The position numbers and the translations under genes were made by a program. A stretch of DNA of 64,000 nt from Candidatus Delongbacteria bacterium (GTDB lineage Bacteria; CAIWAD01): positions 2,944,001-3,008,000 of the forward strand of contig OY760505.1 of NCBI GenBank assembly GCA_963663545.1, in the 5' to 3' direction. Numbering within the stretch: position 1 is the stretch's first letter; each line of letters opens with the position of its first letter. Below the pieces are notes generated by a model. That model was not told the origin of the DNA and did no database searches. It worked only from the letters and a program-made list of their open reading frames with translations. Positions 38,894 through 48,113 of the stretch are shown here, one piece after another.

Positions 38894-39831
38894 TGTCACA
38901 CGCGAAGTACCTTCTGTCTTATCTCGACTACTGTCGACTGGAACGCCAGCTCAGCGAAAACACTCTTGCCGCTTATCGTCACGATTTGTCCCGCTATCTC
39001 GAACTCCTTGAGCAGCGCGGGCTTGAATTGTTGCGTGTGGACAGTGTGCAGATCGCCACCTGTCTGGCGCATCTCGCAAAACTGGGACTGAGTGCGCGTA
39101 GTCAAGCACGTTGGCTTAGCGTTGTCCGCGGCCTGCATGCCTGGCTGGCGGTGGAGCAATACCGGGCGGAGGATCCGGCACACGTTCTGGATACGCCGCG
39201 GCTGGATCGCCGCCTGCCCGAAGTGCTTGAACCGCAGGAGATAGAGGCCCTGCTGGATGTCCCCATTCCGGCGTTGGATCACAAACATCCCTTGCAGCAC
39301 TGTCTTGCATTGCGGGATCGCGCACTGTTGGAAGTCGCCTACGGAGGCGGTCTGCGTGTTTCTGAACTGGTTGGTCTGGAAGAGGAGATGTTGCTGCCGA
39401 CGGAGGGCCTTCTTCGCCTGCGTGGTAAAGGGGGTAAGGAGCGACTTGCGCCCTTGGGCGGACCGGGCTGGCGTGCACTTGATTCGTATCACGCTGTAGC
39501 CCGTGACACACTTGCGGACCGCACGCGTAGCATGGAACGCCGGCGGCAGGCTCGCGGTAGGGTCTTTCTGAATCATCTTGGTGGACCGCTTTCGCGCATG
39601 GCCTTCTGGAAGATTCTGCAGAAGCACTTGGTGCGCGCAGGGCTGCCGGACAACTTCCATCCTCACAGTCTGCGACACAGTTATGCCACGCACTTGCTGG
39701 AGGGAGGCGCCAGTTTGCGCGCCGTACAGGAACTGCTCGGGCATGCTGATATCACGACAACGCGCATTTACACCCACGTGGATACAGCCTTTCTGCGCGA
39801 GGAACACCGTGCCCATCATCCGCGAGCCTGA
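38890..39831 (+). CDS. xerD: tyrosine recombinase XerD/XerC
   Basis: LSENT..AY..DL, LRVSEL, GKG.KER and HSLRHSYATHLL.GGA.LR.VQELLGHADI.TT.IYTH motifs. Confidence 0.85.
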   Translation: MMSHAKYLLSYLDYCRLERQLSENTLAAYRHDLSRYLELLEQRGLELLRVDSVQIATCLAHLAKLGLSARSQARWLSVVRGLHAWLAVEQYRAEDPAHVLDTPRLDRRLPEVLEPQEIEALLDVPIPALDHKHPLQHCLALRDRALLEVAYGGGLRVSELVGLEEEMLLPTEGLLRLRGKGGKERLAPLGGPGWRALDSYHAVARDTLADRTRSMERRRQARGRVFLNHLGGPLSRMAFWKILQKHLVRAGLPDNFHPHSLRHSYATHLLEGGASLRAVQELLGHADITTTRIYTHVDTAFLREEHRAHHPRA

Positions 39832-39844
39832 AAAGGAGCAATGT

Positions 39845-40486
39845 GTGATACAAGAGCTGCAGAGTTTCATCAATCTGTTGGCAGGTTTGGAAGCACAGGA
39901 GTTGTGTTTCAATCCCTATGCTAGTGGCGATAGCGATCGTGATTCAATTCGTTGCAACAACTTGTTGCTCTACTTGCAGGAGATGCATCACGCAGGGCCT
40001 CGGGAAATGCTGGTGGGCGAGGCACCGGGCTACAATGGCTGTCATTGGACGGGCATTCCTTTTACCAGCGAGCGTGAACTGCAACGTGGTGTTCCTGCTC
40101 ACGGGTTGTTTGGCTTGGAGAAGGGGTATCGCTGGACATCGGACAAGGAACTCGGCTACACTGAACCTTCGGGCACTATCCTGTGGAGCGTTATCTCAGA
40201 GCTCCCTCGGCTACCACTGGTCTGGAATGCCTTTCCGCTACATCCTTACAAATCCGGGAATCTGCTATCCAACCGCACACCGACGGAGCAGGAGCTTGTG
40301 TCACATGCAGCCGTGCTACACAGATTGGCGGAGATCTTCGAAATCGAGAGTTTCATAGCCGTTGGTCACAAAGCCGAGCGCGTTTTAGCCGAGTTGGGAA
40401 TTTCGGCGCCTCGCGTGAGACATCCGGCCAACGGTGGCAAGGCGGAATTCAGCCGCGGTTTACACTATCTGCTCGGACGTCAGTGA
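39845..40486 (+). CDS. uracil-DNA glycosylase superfamily protein
   Basis: GEAPGY.G...TGIPFTSE, WNAFP.HP, NRTPT and RHPA.GG motifs; AAGGAG RBS. Confidence 0.8.
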   Translation: MIQELQSFINLLAGLEAQELCFNPYASGDSDRDSIRCNNLLLYLQEMHHAGPREMLVGEAPGYNGCHWTGIPFTSERELQRGVPAHGLFGLEKGYRWTSDKELGYTEPSGTILWSVISELPRLPLVWNAFPLHPYKSGNLLSNRTPTEQELVSHAAVLHRLAEIFEIESFIAVGHKAERVLAELGISAPRVRHPANGGKAEFSRGLHYLLGRQ

Positions 40487-41109
40487 GTAACGCTCTGCTT
40501 CAATGGGACAGCGCCGAACGCGCACGATTGGGTCTGCGTCTGCTGGCAGGTGTGGATGAGGCCGGGCGCGGTCCTTTGGCTGGACCTGTAGTGGCCGCTG
40601 TGGTCATTCTTGCCCCAGATTGTGCCCTCGAGGGCTTGCGAGATAGCAAGCAGCTCAGCTCACGCAGCCGAGCCGCTCTGGAGCCTGAAATCCGCAGTTT
40701 GGCTCTCGCCTGGGCCCTTGCGGAAGTGGACGCTGCACGCATTGATCAGATCAACATTCTCCAGGCAACCTTCGAGGCCATGGGCAAGGCTGTATCACAG
40801 CTGACACTTCCTCCGGAGTATCTGCTGGTGGACGGACGGGATTTTCCCTTTGCCGGTCGGCCGGGTCGCAGCGTGATACGTGGCGATGATACCTCCGCCT
40901 GCATCGCCGCTGCCAGCATTCTGGCCAAGGAACACAGGGACCGCTTGATGTGCAGAGCGGCCCTTGACTACCCCGGCTACGGTTTTGAACAGCACAAGGG
41001 ATACGGTACCGCCAAGCACCTTGAGGCTCTGCATCAGCGTGGGCCATGCCCTTTGCATAGACGCTCATTTCGCCCTTTGTCGGCTGCTCAAGGCACTCTA
41101 TCTTTCTGA
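40483..41109 (+). CDS. rnhB: ribonuclease HII
   Basis: GVDEAGRGPLAGPV, DSK, AAASILAK, HKGYGT and HRRSF motifs. Confidence 0.95.
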   Translation: MSNALLQWDSAERARLGLRLLAGVDEAGRGPLAGPVVAAVVILAPDCALEGLRDSKQLSSRSRAALEPEIRSLALAWALAEVDAARIDQINILQATFEAMGKAVSQLTLPPEYLLVDGRDFPFAGRPGRSVIRGDDTSACIAAASILAKEHRDRLMCRAALDYPGYGFEQHKGYGTAKHLEALHQRGPCPLHRRSFRPLSAAQGTLSF

Positions 41110-41137
41110 CGCACTATCCAGCAATAGCGAGTGAAGC

Positions 41138-43672
41138 ATGGGTTCTGGTTTGAAATCTGTCATCCGGCCACTGGGATTTTTCTGTGCACTAATACTGTGG
41201 CCCTTGCTGTGTCACGCGATCGAGGTGGTCGAGGAGACCGGCAGTCTGCGCAATTTCATCGGCGGGCACGAGCCCGGCTGTGCTTACGATAACTACATCA
41301 GCCACACCGTCGAGCGAACCGGAAATTACGACCAGGGGCCGCCGGAGCTTGATGCACCCGCGGTAGGTTTCGGCAACATTACTCTTGCTACAGAGACGGA
41401 CTGTCGGATTTTGTCCAGTGGAATGCTTGCACTCTGGGAGAATAATGTTCAGGCTGCCTGTGATACACTGGCGCAGATGGACTCTCTGTTCAATGCAAGT
41501 TGGCAGCTGGTTCGTTTTCACGATACCGACTTCTTGCGCGATTACTGGATGTTGCGTGAGAAGCTGGATTCGTGTTACACCGATTCAAATTTCTGGGCCG
41601 GACCCGATGACGATGTAGTGGGCAGTTTCAATTTTGGCTGGGGCCTCTATGTGATACGACCGGAAGCAGGGCGCAACAGCATTCTGATTGAAGCTCCACA
41701 TCCGGGCGACGATTTCATCAGCACATGGATTGCCGCAGACTTCTTCCTGGGTGCCGATGCCGGGCTGCTGTTCATGAACGGCGCATGTCGTTTCTTTCCA
41801 AACAGCCAAAGCGATCCAACGCGTAATCGTCTTCATCCGGCAAATGACATCGTGAATGCCGTGAGACAGCGACTGCGGCTGGAGGGCGAGTTCGATTTTA
41901 GCATGCAGGTTCACAGCTTCGACGATTCCATTCATGCAGAGCTGCCTGATATCGTGCTCAGTTGTGCTCGCTGGGGCGGGTGTATTCATCCGCCGGTGTT
42001 CGATTTCAACCGCTGCGGTCGCGGGATGCTGAATCTGCTGGCCAATCCGACCTTTAGCGCCGGGGATGCCTGGTGGATCGAAAATGATGTCTCGCTTCAG
42101 AGTTTTGTGAGTGTACACACCGGCTACCCGATGATTGTGGGCGAAGGAGGAGAAGCCGATTCACTGGTTCGTCCTATGGATCTGTGGGGGTATATCGGCA
42201 ACAACTCCATGCTGCTGGCGCTGGAAGGGCTGGAAGACTGCGGAGAGCCGGAGCATTTTCTGCACATCGAATTGGCAGAAGAGCCCCATCCAGCGGAGAT
42301 GATCGGTGAAACTGCATTGTATCACGCGGATAGCGCAAGGGTGCCCACCTGGAGCAACTTCGCGGACATCATCGACTATTACCGGCCCATGTTCGACTCC
42401 TTACGTGTGGCCTATGATCATCTGATGCAGTGGGATTGCGAAGTGTGCGCAAATGATCCCGGCTGGAACATTACTTGGACAAGTGATACATCGCTGAGTG
42501 TGACATGGCTGAATCACTCCAGCTCATTTGGTCTGGAAACGCAACGGATCACTGGCCATCGAGGCTGGCTTGATTCATCCGGTGAGCGTGAAGTCTGTTC
42601 AAACGGTTACTGGCCAGGTTCCAGTGTCAGTCTAAGCGGTGTGCCGGGCGAAATGCTGACGCTTAGTCTTGAAGCACTGGATGCAACCTGTGATACAATT
42701 GCCTGCAGTGATACACTGCGCATTCCCTTGCCTTACAGAGAAGAGACAACCTTCTCTCTGGGATTGCAGGGGCAATCCGGTCGAATGATTGTATCCGACG
42801 CTGATGCCGTGATACAGGTGCGCGTCTACAACTCTATACATCAACTGGATTTCAGCACACTGATGTGGCGCGTGGATGTCAACGGCGATGGCCTGTATCT
42901 GGGTACTTCTGACGATTGGCGCTCATGTGACTACACCGGTCTGGGTTACTGGAAGCTGTGTTCTCTGCCACTGCAAGCGATCGCCGATGGCAGCCGCTTT
43001 GAACTCCGCGTGCACTCAAACAGCCTGTCCGAATGGGACTATTCCGGTCGTCTGGCACAGTGCGGAATCGACGACGACTGGTACGTCTGGCGTGACACAG
43101 AATCGCCAGCACCACCCATGCCAGTGCTAATGACGCAGACCAATGAGCGCAGTGTTCTGCTCAGCTGGGCGTGTAAGAACGGCTGGCCCGCTGATTTCAA
43201 TGGAGTGGAAATGGAGCTGCTGGATGCGGATACAGGTGAATTGCTACGCCACTACACTACTGATTTGTATCCACAGCTTCTGGAAAATGACAGGCGTAGT
43301 TTTGAGGCCATGTCCTTTCATTTCATCGGCCGACGCCTGCGCGCAACGGCTTGTGCGCTGGATCGCTATGGTCATCGCTCCCTCTCATGCTGCAGCAATA
43401 CGATTCAGATGACGGAGGAGCGCAGTTCCAGGCCGACATTGCTTTGTGCCTACGAAGCCCCTGACTTCTTACGCCTGCAATGGAGCACCTCGTCAGAAAG
43501 AGGCAAGATCAGTTATCAGCTCTACTGCCTTGAAGATCCATGGCAGCCACTTCAAGAAGCCGCTTTGCTGTTGGAGACAGAGGAAATCTGTGTCCGCCTG
43601 CGTCTCGACGAGCTTCCAGCCTCCGGTGCATTCTTCCGCGTGCTACCCAAGAGCATTCGCGAAACACCTTGA
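41138..43672 (+). CDS. large secreted hypothetical protein, paralog A (putative metallohydrolase domain plus Fn3-like domains)
   Basis: signal peptide; collinear similarity to 43793-46429. Confidence 0.7.
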   Translation: MGSGLKSVIRPLGFFCALILWPLLCHAIEVVEETGSLRNFIGGHEPGCAYDNYISHTVERTGNYDQGPPELDAPAVGFGNITLATETDCRILSSGMLALWENNVQAACDTLAQMDSLFNASWQLVRFHDTDFLRDYWMLREKLDSCYTDSNFWAGPDDDVVGSFNFGWGLYVIRPEAGRNSILIEAPHPGDDFISTWIAADFFLGADAGLLFMNGACRFFPNSQSDPTRNRLHPANDIVNAVRQRLRLEGEFDFSMQVHSFDDSIHAELPDIVLSCARWGGCIHPPVFDFNRCGRGMLNLLANPTFSAGDAWWIENDVSLQSFVSVHTGYPMIVGEGGEADSLVRPMDLWGYIGNNSMLLALEGLEDCGEPEHFLHIELAEEPHPAEMIGETALYHADSARVPTWSNFADIIDYYRPMFDSLRVAYDHLMQWDCEVCANDPGWNITWTSDTSLSVTWLNHSSSFGLETQRITGHRGWLDSSGEREVCSNGYWPGSSVSLSGVPGEMLTLSLEALDATCDTIACSDTLRIPLPYREETTFSLGLQGQSGRMIVSDADAVIQVRVYNSIHQLDFSTLMWRVDVNGDGLYLGTSDDWRSCDYTGLGYWKLCSLPLQAIADGSRFELRVHSNSLSEWDYSGRLAQCGIDDDWYVWRDTESPAPPMPVLMTQTNERSVLLSWACKNGWPADFNGVEMELLDADTGELLRHYTTDLYPQLLENDRRSFEAMSFHFIGRRLRATACALDRYGHRSLSCCSNTIQMTEERSSRPTLLCAYEAPDFLRLQWSTSSERGKISYQLYCLEDPWQPLQEAALLLETEEICVRLRLDELPASGAFFRVLPKSIRETP

Positions 43673-43792
43673 CACGCAACGGAAGTAGCGAATCTAACAG
43701 GAATCATTTTCAACCTGCAGTGGCTTTGCTTGCAGGAGCAGTGGCTTCTTCCGTTCTTGTGATTCAAACGCCAACCTAGCTGCCAGGATACT

Positions 43793-46429
43793 ATGATGAA
43801 ATGTGCTCCCACCCTCTCCCGCATTTTGATCACCCTTGTCCTGAGCCTTCCCTTGCACGCCCAAGTCGTTGAGGAAACCGGCAGCCTGCTGCAGTTCCTC
43901 GGTGGCAGCGAGCCGGGTTGCGCTTACGACAACTGGTTCAGCCACATCGTCGAGGGAATCGCCTCCCCCGGCTACAACTACTACGGTCCGGAACGCCTAG
44001 ACCCTCAGACAAACGGTTTCGGGGATTACGAACGACTTTACAGCAACACCTACGGAAACGGTGTGCTCAATCTCTTCCGCACTCTGACGACGGATCTGTT
44101 GGAGGGAAATCCGACAGCGGCGGCCTTTGCGCTGACCGAGCAGCCCGGCATCGCGTATCACGTGGTACACCTGACCGAGCCTGGTGGACGCGAGTTCTAT
44201 CTGATTCGCGAGGATCTGGACACTCAGTACGTCGACGCCGGGTGGAATTCCAGCAGTGTGGACGATGTTGTGGGCTCTTTCAATCACGCTTGGGGTCTGA
44301 CGGTCATCGCCGTCAATCCACAGCGCCCGGGTTTCATTTTGCAGTCGCCGCATCCCAACGACGACTATCCCGCCAACTTCATGACGGCCCAGTTCTTCTA
44401 TGACGCCGGCGCACACATGATGCAGGTTAACGGCGCCGGTCGCGAAGTGGACTGGAACGATGACAACAACAACGGCGCCTACGCCAACGGAGAAAGCCGC
44501 AGCGACCCGACCCGCTATTGCGTTCATCCTTTTGTGGCCGTGCACGGTGCTGCCGTGGACTGGATGCGCGCCGAGGGCATCGAGGATCTGACGCTGCAGT
44601 TGCACACCTATGACGATTACTCCAGCGGTCAGCGACGCACTCTGAAGAGCGCCGTTTTCAGCTCGGGACGTGAGCATCGCGTGGGACTACCGCCCTATTT
44701 CGATCCCGGCTATAACGATCTGGGTGCGCTGAATTTGCTGCACAATCCTGTGTTCATCAGCAATGCTCTGGGCTGGACCCATAGCGCGGTCGAGCTGGAG
44801 GAGTATATCGCCATCAACACGTGGAACGAGGTGCCTGTGGATGGCGGCAATCTGGGGCAGGAACACTGGATCAGCATTTCGCCCGATCTATGGGGTTATC
44901 CAGAGAACTGCCTTATGGCCAACAGCCATGAGGGCTTTGAAGACTGCGATGACTTTGAGCGCTGGTTGCACGTCGAATTTGACGAGCTTCCCTATGCGGC
45001 TCACAGCTTGGGCGATGCCGATTTCTACAACGCCGACGGCAGTGCGGTAGCCGACTGGAGCAACTACGCTCATTTCATGACCTATTACACACCCTGGAAG
45101 ACGGCGTTGACGACGGCCATCGACAACACGCGCGAATGGGATCCTGCCAGCGAAGGAACGCCGACGACGCCCACGAGCCTGGTGGTCGCTGAAGTGGATA
45201 CCAACACAGTAACGCTGCAGTGGAATGCCAGCAAGTCCAGTGATTTTGACACCTACGAAGTCTGGATGGACACTCTGGATCACATCGATGAGAACACCAG
45301 CTGGATGGTGGATAGCGGCGACTACAGCCGGCTGTGTTGGGCGGCCAACCGCTACGTGACCCTTGGACCGCTGGAGTATCGACAGACCTTCACCTTTGCC
45401 GTGCGCGGTCGCGACAATCAGGATCGTCTCTCAGGCTTCAGCAACGAAGTCAGCGGGTATGCCGATGATCTGCATCCTCCGCTGATCACCATCCTCACCC
45501 CTTCTTCAAGCGGCACCCATTACACCAATGGCGTCAACGATTCCATTCGAGTGCGGCTGCGCGACGTCAATCACCATGTAGATCTTTCCACGCTGCAGTA
45601 TCGTGTAGATGCAAATGGTGACGGCCAGTACGCGGGGACCGGCGAGGATTGGGTGAGCTTTGGCTTATCGGGCGATTTCCAGAACCAGGCCTTGTATGTG
45701 CCCTTTACGCCTTCGATAGCGGGCTGCGGCCATTTCGAATTGCGCTGCCAGGACGATCAGAATCCCATTTGGGGTTACTCGGGCAGTGATCGCGAAGAAG
45801 GCATCGGCGACGACCAACCCTACGTTTGCTGGGATGATATCGCGCCACCAAGCATTGGCAACTTTCAGTTCCTCACGCTCCAGGCGGATTCCTTCATGCT
45901 GGCATGGGACGCGATTGACGAAGATGCGACCTTCCGCACCTTTCGCCTTCTGCTTTCCACGGAGCCTTTCGAAGAAGCCGCAGACGCCATGCTGATTCTG
46001 GATCGCAGCAATATCAGCGCGCTGGGTAATGCGACGCTGACGGCCTTTGGTGGCTACCTGCCGCAGTTCTTCGGCGAGAGGGTGTACGTCAAACTCCAAA
46101 CCGAAGACTTTGCTGGCAATTATGGCGAATTGGCCTCTGCCAGCTTCCACTACATGAATTCAGCTTGGTGTGGTGTGGAGAATCTGCAACTTCACTTGCT
46201 GCCCGCTTCTTTGCGACTGAGTTGGGAAAGCTATGTGGCCGAAGGTCTTCAGCTTCAGGGTTTTGATATCTATCGTCTGCCAACGCCCTGGGCGGTTCGC
46301 GAGGAATGGGAGTTGGTCGGTCAGAGCTCTGGGGGAGTCATGCAGTACGACTTGCCGCTGAGCGAGGCCGCCGCGCATTTCCTTTGCAGTTACGCGGTAA
46401 CGGCAAGGTGCGAGCTGGACGCCCGTTGA
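43793..46429 (+). CDS. large secreted hypothetical protein, paralog B (putative metallohydrolase domain plus Fn3 domains)
   Basis: signal peptide; Fn3 PTTPTSL...TLQW...YEV...FAVRGRD; paralog of the upstream gene. Confidence 0.75.
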   Translation: MMKCAPTLSRILITLVLSLPLHAQVVEETGSLLQFLGGSEPGCAYDNWFSHIVEGIASPGYNYYGPERLDPQTNGFGDYERLYSNTYGNGVLNLFRTLTTDLLEGNPTAAAFALTEQPGIAYHVVHLTEPGGREFYLIREDLDTQYVDAGWNSSSVDDVVGSFNHAWGLTVIAVNPQRPGFILQSPHPNDDYPANFMTAQFFYDAGAHMMQVNGAGREVDWNDDNNNGAYANGESRSDPTRYCVHPFVAVHGAAVDWMRAEGIEDLTLQLHTYDDYSSGQRRTLKSAVFSSGREHRVGLPPYFDPGYNDLGALNLLHNPVFISNALGWTHSAVELEEYIAINTWNEVPVDGGNLGQEHWISISPDLWGYPENCLMANSHEGFEDCDDFERWLHVEFDELPYAAHSLGDADFYNADGSAVADWSNYAHFMTYYTPWKTALTTAIDNTREWDPASEGTPTTPTSLVVAEVDTNTVTLQWNASKSSDFDTYEVWMDTLDHIDENTSWMVDSGDYSRLCWAANRYVTLGPLEYRQTFTFAVRGRDNQDRLSGFSNEVSGYADDLHPPLITILTPSSSGTHYTNGVNDSIRVRLRDVNHHVDLSTLQYRVDANGDGQYAGTGEDWVSFGLSGDFQNQALYVPFTPSIAGCGHFELRCQDDQNPIWGYSGSDREEGIGDDQPYVCWDDIAPPSIGNFQFLTLQADSFMLAWDAIDEDATFRTFRLLLSTEPFEEAADAMLILDRSNISALGNATLTAFGGYLPQFFGERVYVKLQTEDFAGNYGELASASFHYMNSAWCGVENLQLHLLPASLRLSWESYVAEGLQLQGFDIYRLPTPWAVREEWELVGQSSGGVMQYDLPLSEAAAHFLCSYAVTARCELDAR

Positions 46430-46448
46430 ATTCGCATACGGAATACCG

Positions 46449-46482
46449 GCCCCATCCTTAGCGGGTGGGGCTTCTTCTCTTT
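46449..46482 (+). terminator. terminator
   Basis: GCCCCATCC-ttagc-GGGTGGGGC followed by a T-rich tail. Confidence 0.65.
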
Positions 46483-46539
46483 ATGCGGGAGATTTCTGCT
46501 TTTTGCCACCAGCAATTCGAGGAAAATGCACAAGCTCGC

Positions 46540-46568
46540 TTGCAGATCCCACTTCGGAACCATATAAT
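46540..46568 (+). promoter_or_regulatory. sigma-70 promoter
   Basis: TTGCAG-N17-TATAAT. Confidence 0.7.
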
Positions 46569-46613
46569 CGGGGTCCGCAAATAGTGCGAAGGTCCTAACC
46601 GGAGGATAGATAG

Positions 46614-46766
46614 ATGGCAAAAGCACAGAAATTCGTCGCCAGGCAGGTCTCTCACGAGCGCCCTGTGCTGAAGGTCACCATGGAGAAGACGGAGAAGGGT
46701 ACCTACCGTGTGAAAAAGCAGGTTGTGTACGCTACCAAGGACAACGAGTCCCAGATCTTCGGCTAG
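46614..46766 (+). CDS. small basic protein (50 aa), DUF4295 / ribosomal protein bL38-like
   Basis: MAKAQKFVARQVSHERPVLKVTMEKTEKGTYRVKKQVVYATKDNESQIFG; own promoter, GGAGG RBS and terminator; below the ORF-track size cutoff. Confidence 0.7.
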   Translation: MAKAQKFVARQVSHERPVLKVTMEKTEKGTYRVKKQVVYATKDNESQIFG

Positions 46767-46786
46767 ACCTGAAGTTGATGTGCATC

Positions 46787-46811
46787 AAGGCCTGGCGACA
46801 GGCCTTTTTTT
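46787..46811 (+). terminator. terminator
   Basis: AAGGCCTG-gcga-CAGGCCTT followed by a T-run. Confidence 0.85.
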
Positions 46812-46828
46812 GTACCCGGAGGGTAACG

Positions 46829-48010
46829 ATGTCACGTAGACGCTTTGTTCTGTTGGTGCTGGATGGTGTTGGCGCAGGTGAGCTTCCCGACGCCGCAGCC
46901 TTTGGCGATGTGGGTTCCAACACGCTGGGCAATTTGGCGCAGAAAATGAACGGCCTTTGTCTGCCCAATCTGCAGCGCATGGGCCTGGGCAATATTCTGC
47001 CTTTGGAGGGCGTTGCCAGCACGCACCAGCCGCTGGCCAGCTTCGGCCGCATGCGCGAGAAAAGCATGGGCAAGGATAGCACCCTGGGCCATTGGGAGCT
47101 TGCGGGTCTTGTCACCAGCCGTGCGCTGCCCACCTATCCGCAGGGCTTTCCGCAGGAGGTGCTGGATGAGTTCGTGCGCCGCAGCGGTGTGCCGGGAATT
47201 CTGGGCAACAAAACCGCTTCGGGCACCGTCATCCTTGAGGAACTGGGCGCCGAGCACGTGCGCACCGGCTGTCCAATCGTGTACACCTCCGCCGACAGCG
47301 TGTTTCAGATTGCCGCCCACGAGGAAGTGATTCCGCTAGAGCGTCAGTACGAGATTTGCCGCATTGCCCGCGAACTGCTGGTGGGCGAACACGCCGTGGC
47401 GCGAGTCATCGCCCGTCCTTTCCTGGGCGAAGAGGGAAGCTACGCGCGCACCACCAACCGCCGCGATTTCAGTCTGCTTCCTTGGGAGCCGACCATTCTG
47501 GACGCCGTTGCCGAAGCTGGTGTGGAAGTGGTCGCCATCGGCAAGATCTTCGATCTTTTCGCCGGGCAAGGCATTGAGCGACACATTGCTTCCAAGAACA
47601 ATGCCATGGGCGTCGACCGCCTGCTGGAGGTGCTGGCCGAAAAGGGCGAGCGCGATCAGCTCATTCTGCTCAATCTGGTGGACTTCGACATGCTTTGGGG
47701 CCACCGGCTCGATTCCGCGGGCTTCAAGGGCGGGCTCGAAGCTTTTGATGCGCGCCTGCCGGAGATCCTGCCAGCATTTGGTGCTGGCGACCTGCTACTG
47801 ATCACTGCCGATCACGGCAACGATCCCACGGGCACTTCCACCGACCACAGTCGCGAGCACGTACCCCTACTGGTGTTCTATCCCGGTCTGACGGGCAAGG
47901 ACCTGGGGACGCGTGCCAGTTTTACTGACGTGGCCGCTACCATTGGCGATTGGCTTCTGGCAACGCCTTTCGGTCCCGGACAAAGCCTGCTGCAGGAATT
48001 AGCCAGCTAA
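46829..48010 (+). CDS. deoB: phosphopentomutase
   Basis: LDGVGAG, GKDSTLGHWE, YTSADSVFQIAAHE, RVIARPF, DFD..WGHR and TADHGNDP.....DHSRE motifs. Confidence 0.95.
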   Translation: MSRRRFVLLVLDGVGAGELPDAAAFGDVGSNTLGNLAQKMNGLCLPNLQRMGLGNILPLEGVASTHQPLASFGRMREKSMGKDSTLGHWELAGLVTSRALPTYPQGFPQEVLDEFVRRSGVPGILGNKTASGTVILEELGAEHVRTGCPIVYTSADSVFQIAAHEEVIPLERQYEICRIARELLVGEHAVARVIARPFLGEEGSYARTTNRRDFSLLPWEPTILDAVAEAGVEVVAIGKIFDLFAGQGIERHIASKNNAMGVDRLLEVLAEKGERDQLILLNLVDFDMLWGHRLDSAGFKGGLEAFDARLPEILPAFGAGDLLLITADHGNDPTGTSTDHSREHVPLLVFYPGLTGKDLGTRASFTDVAATIGDWLLATPFGPGQSLLQELAS

Positions 48011-48050
48011 AGCCGGTTAAGCCGGCTAAAGCCGGTTAAGCCGACTGAAG
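48001..48050. repeat. short tandem repeat (AGCCGG[C/T]TA[A] units, 19-bp period)
   Basis: AGCCAGCTAA AGCCGGTTA AGCCGGCTAA AGCCGGTTA AGCCGACTGA. Confidence 0.8.
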
Positions 48051-48113
48051 CGGTGAGGCTGGGTGATGCTGGTTTTGTAGATTGCCTGCATTCAGAAGGA
48101 AAGGCTAGGCACC

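Noticed and set aside
38890..39831. Tyrosine recombinase as a phage or island integrase
   Set aside because: It has XerD size and motifs, is coupled to recJ, and no att repeats or mobile genes are visible.
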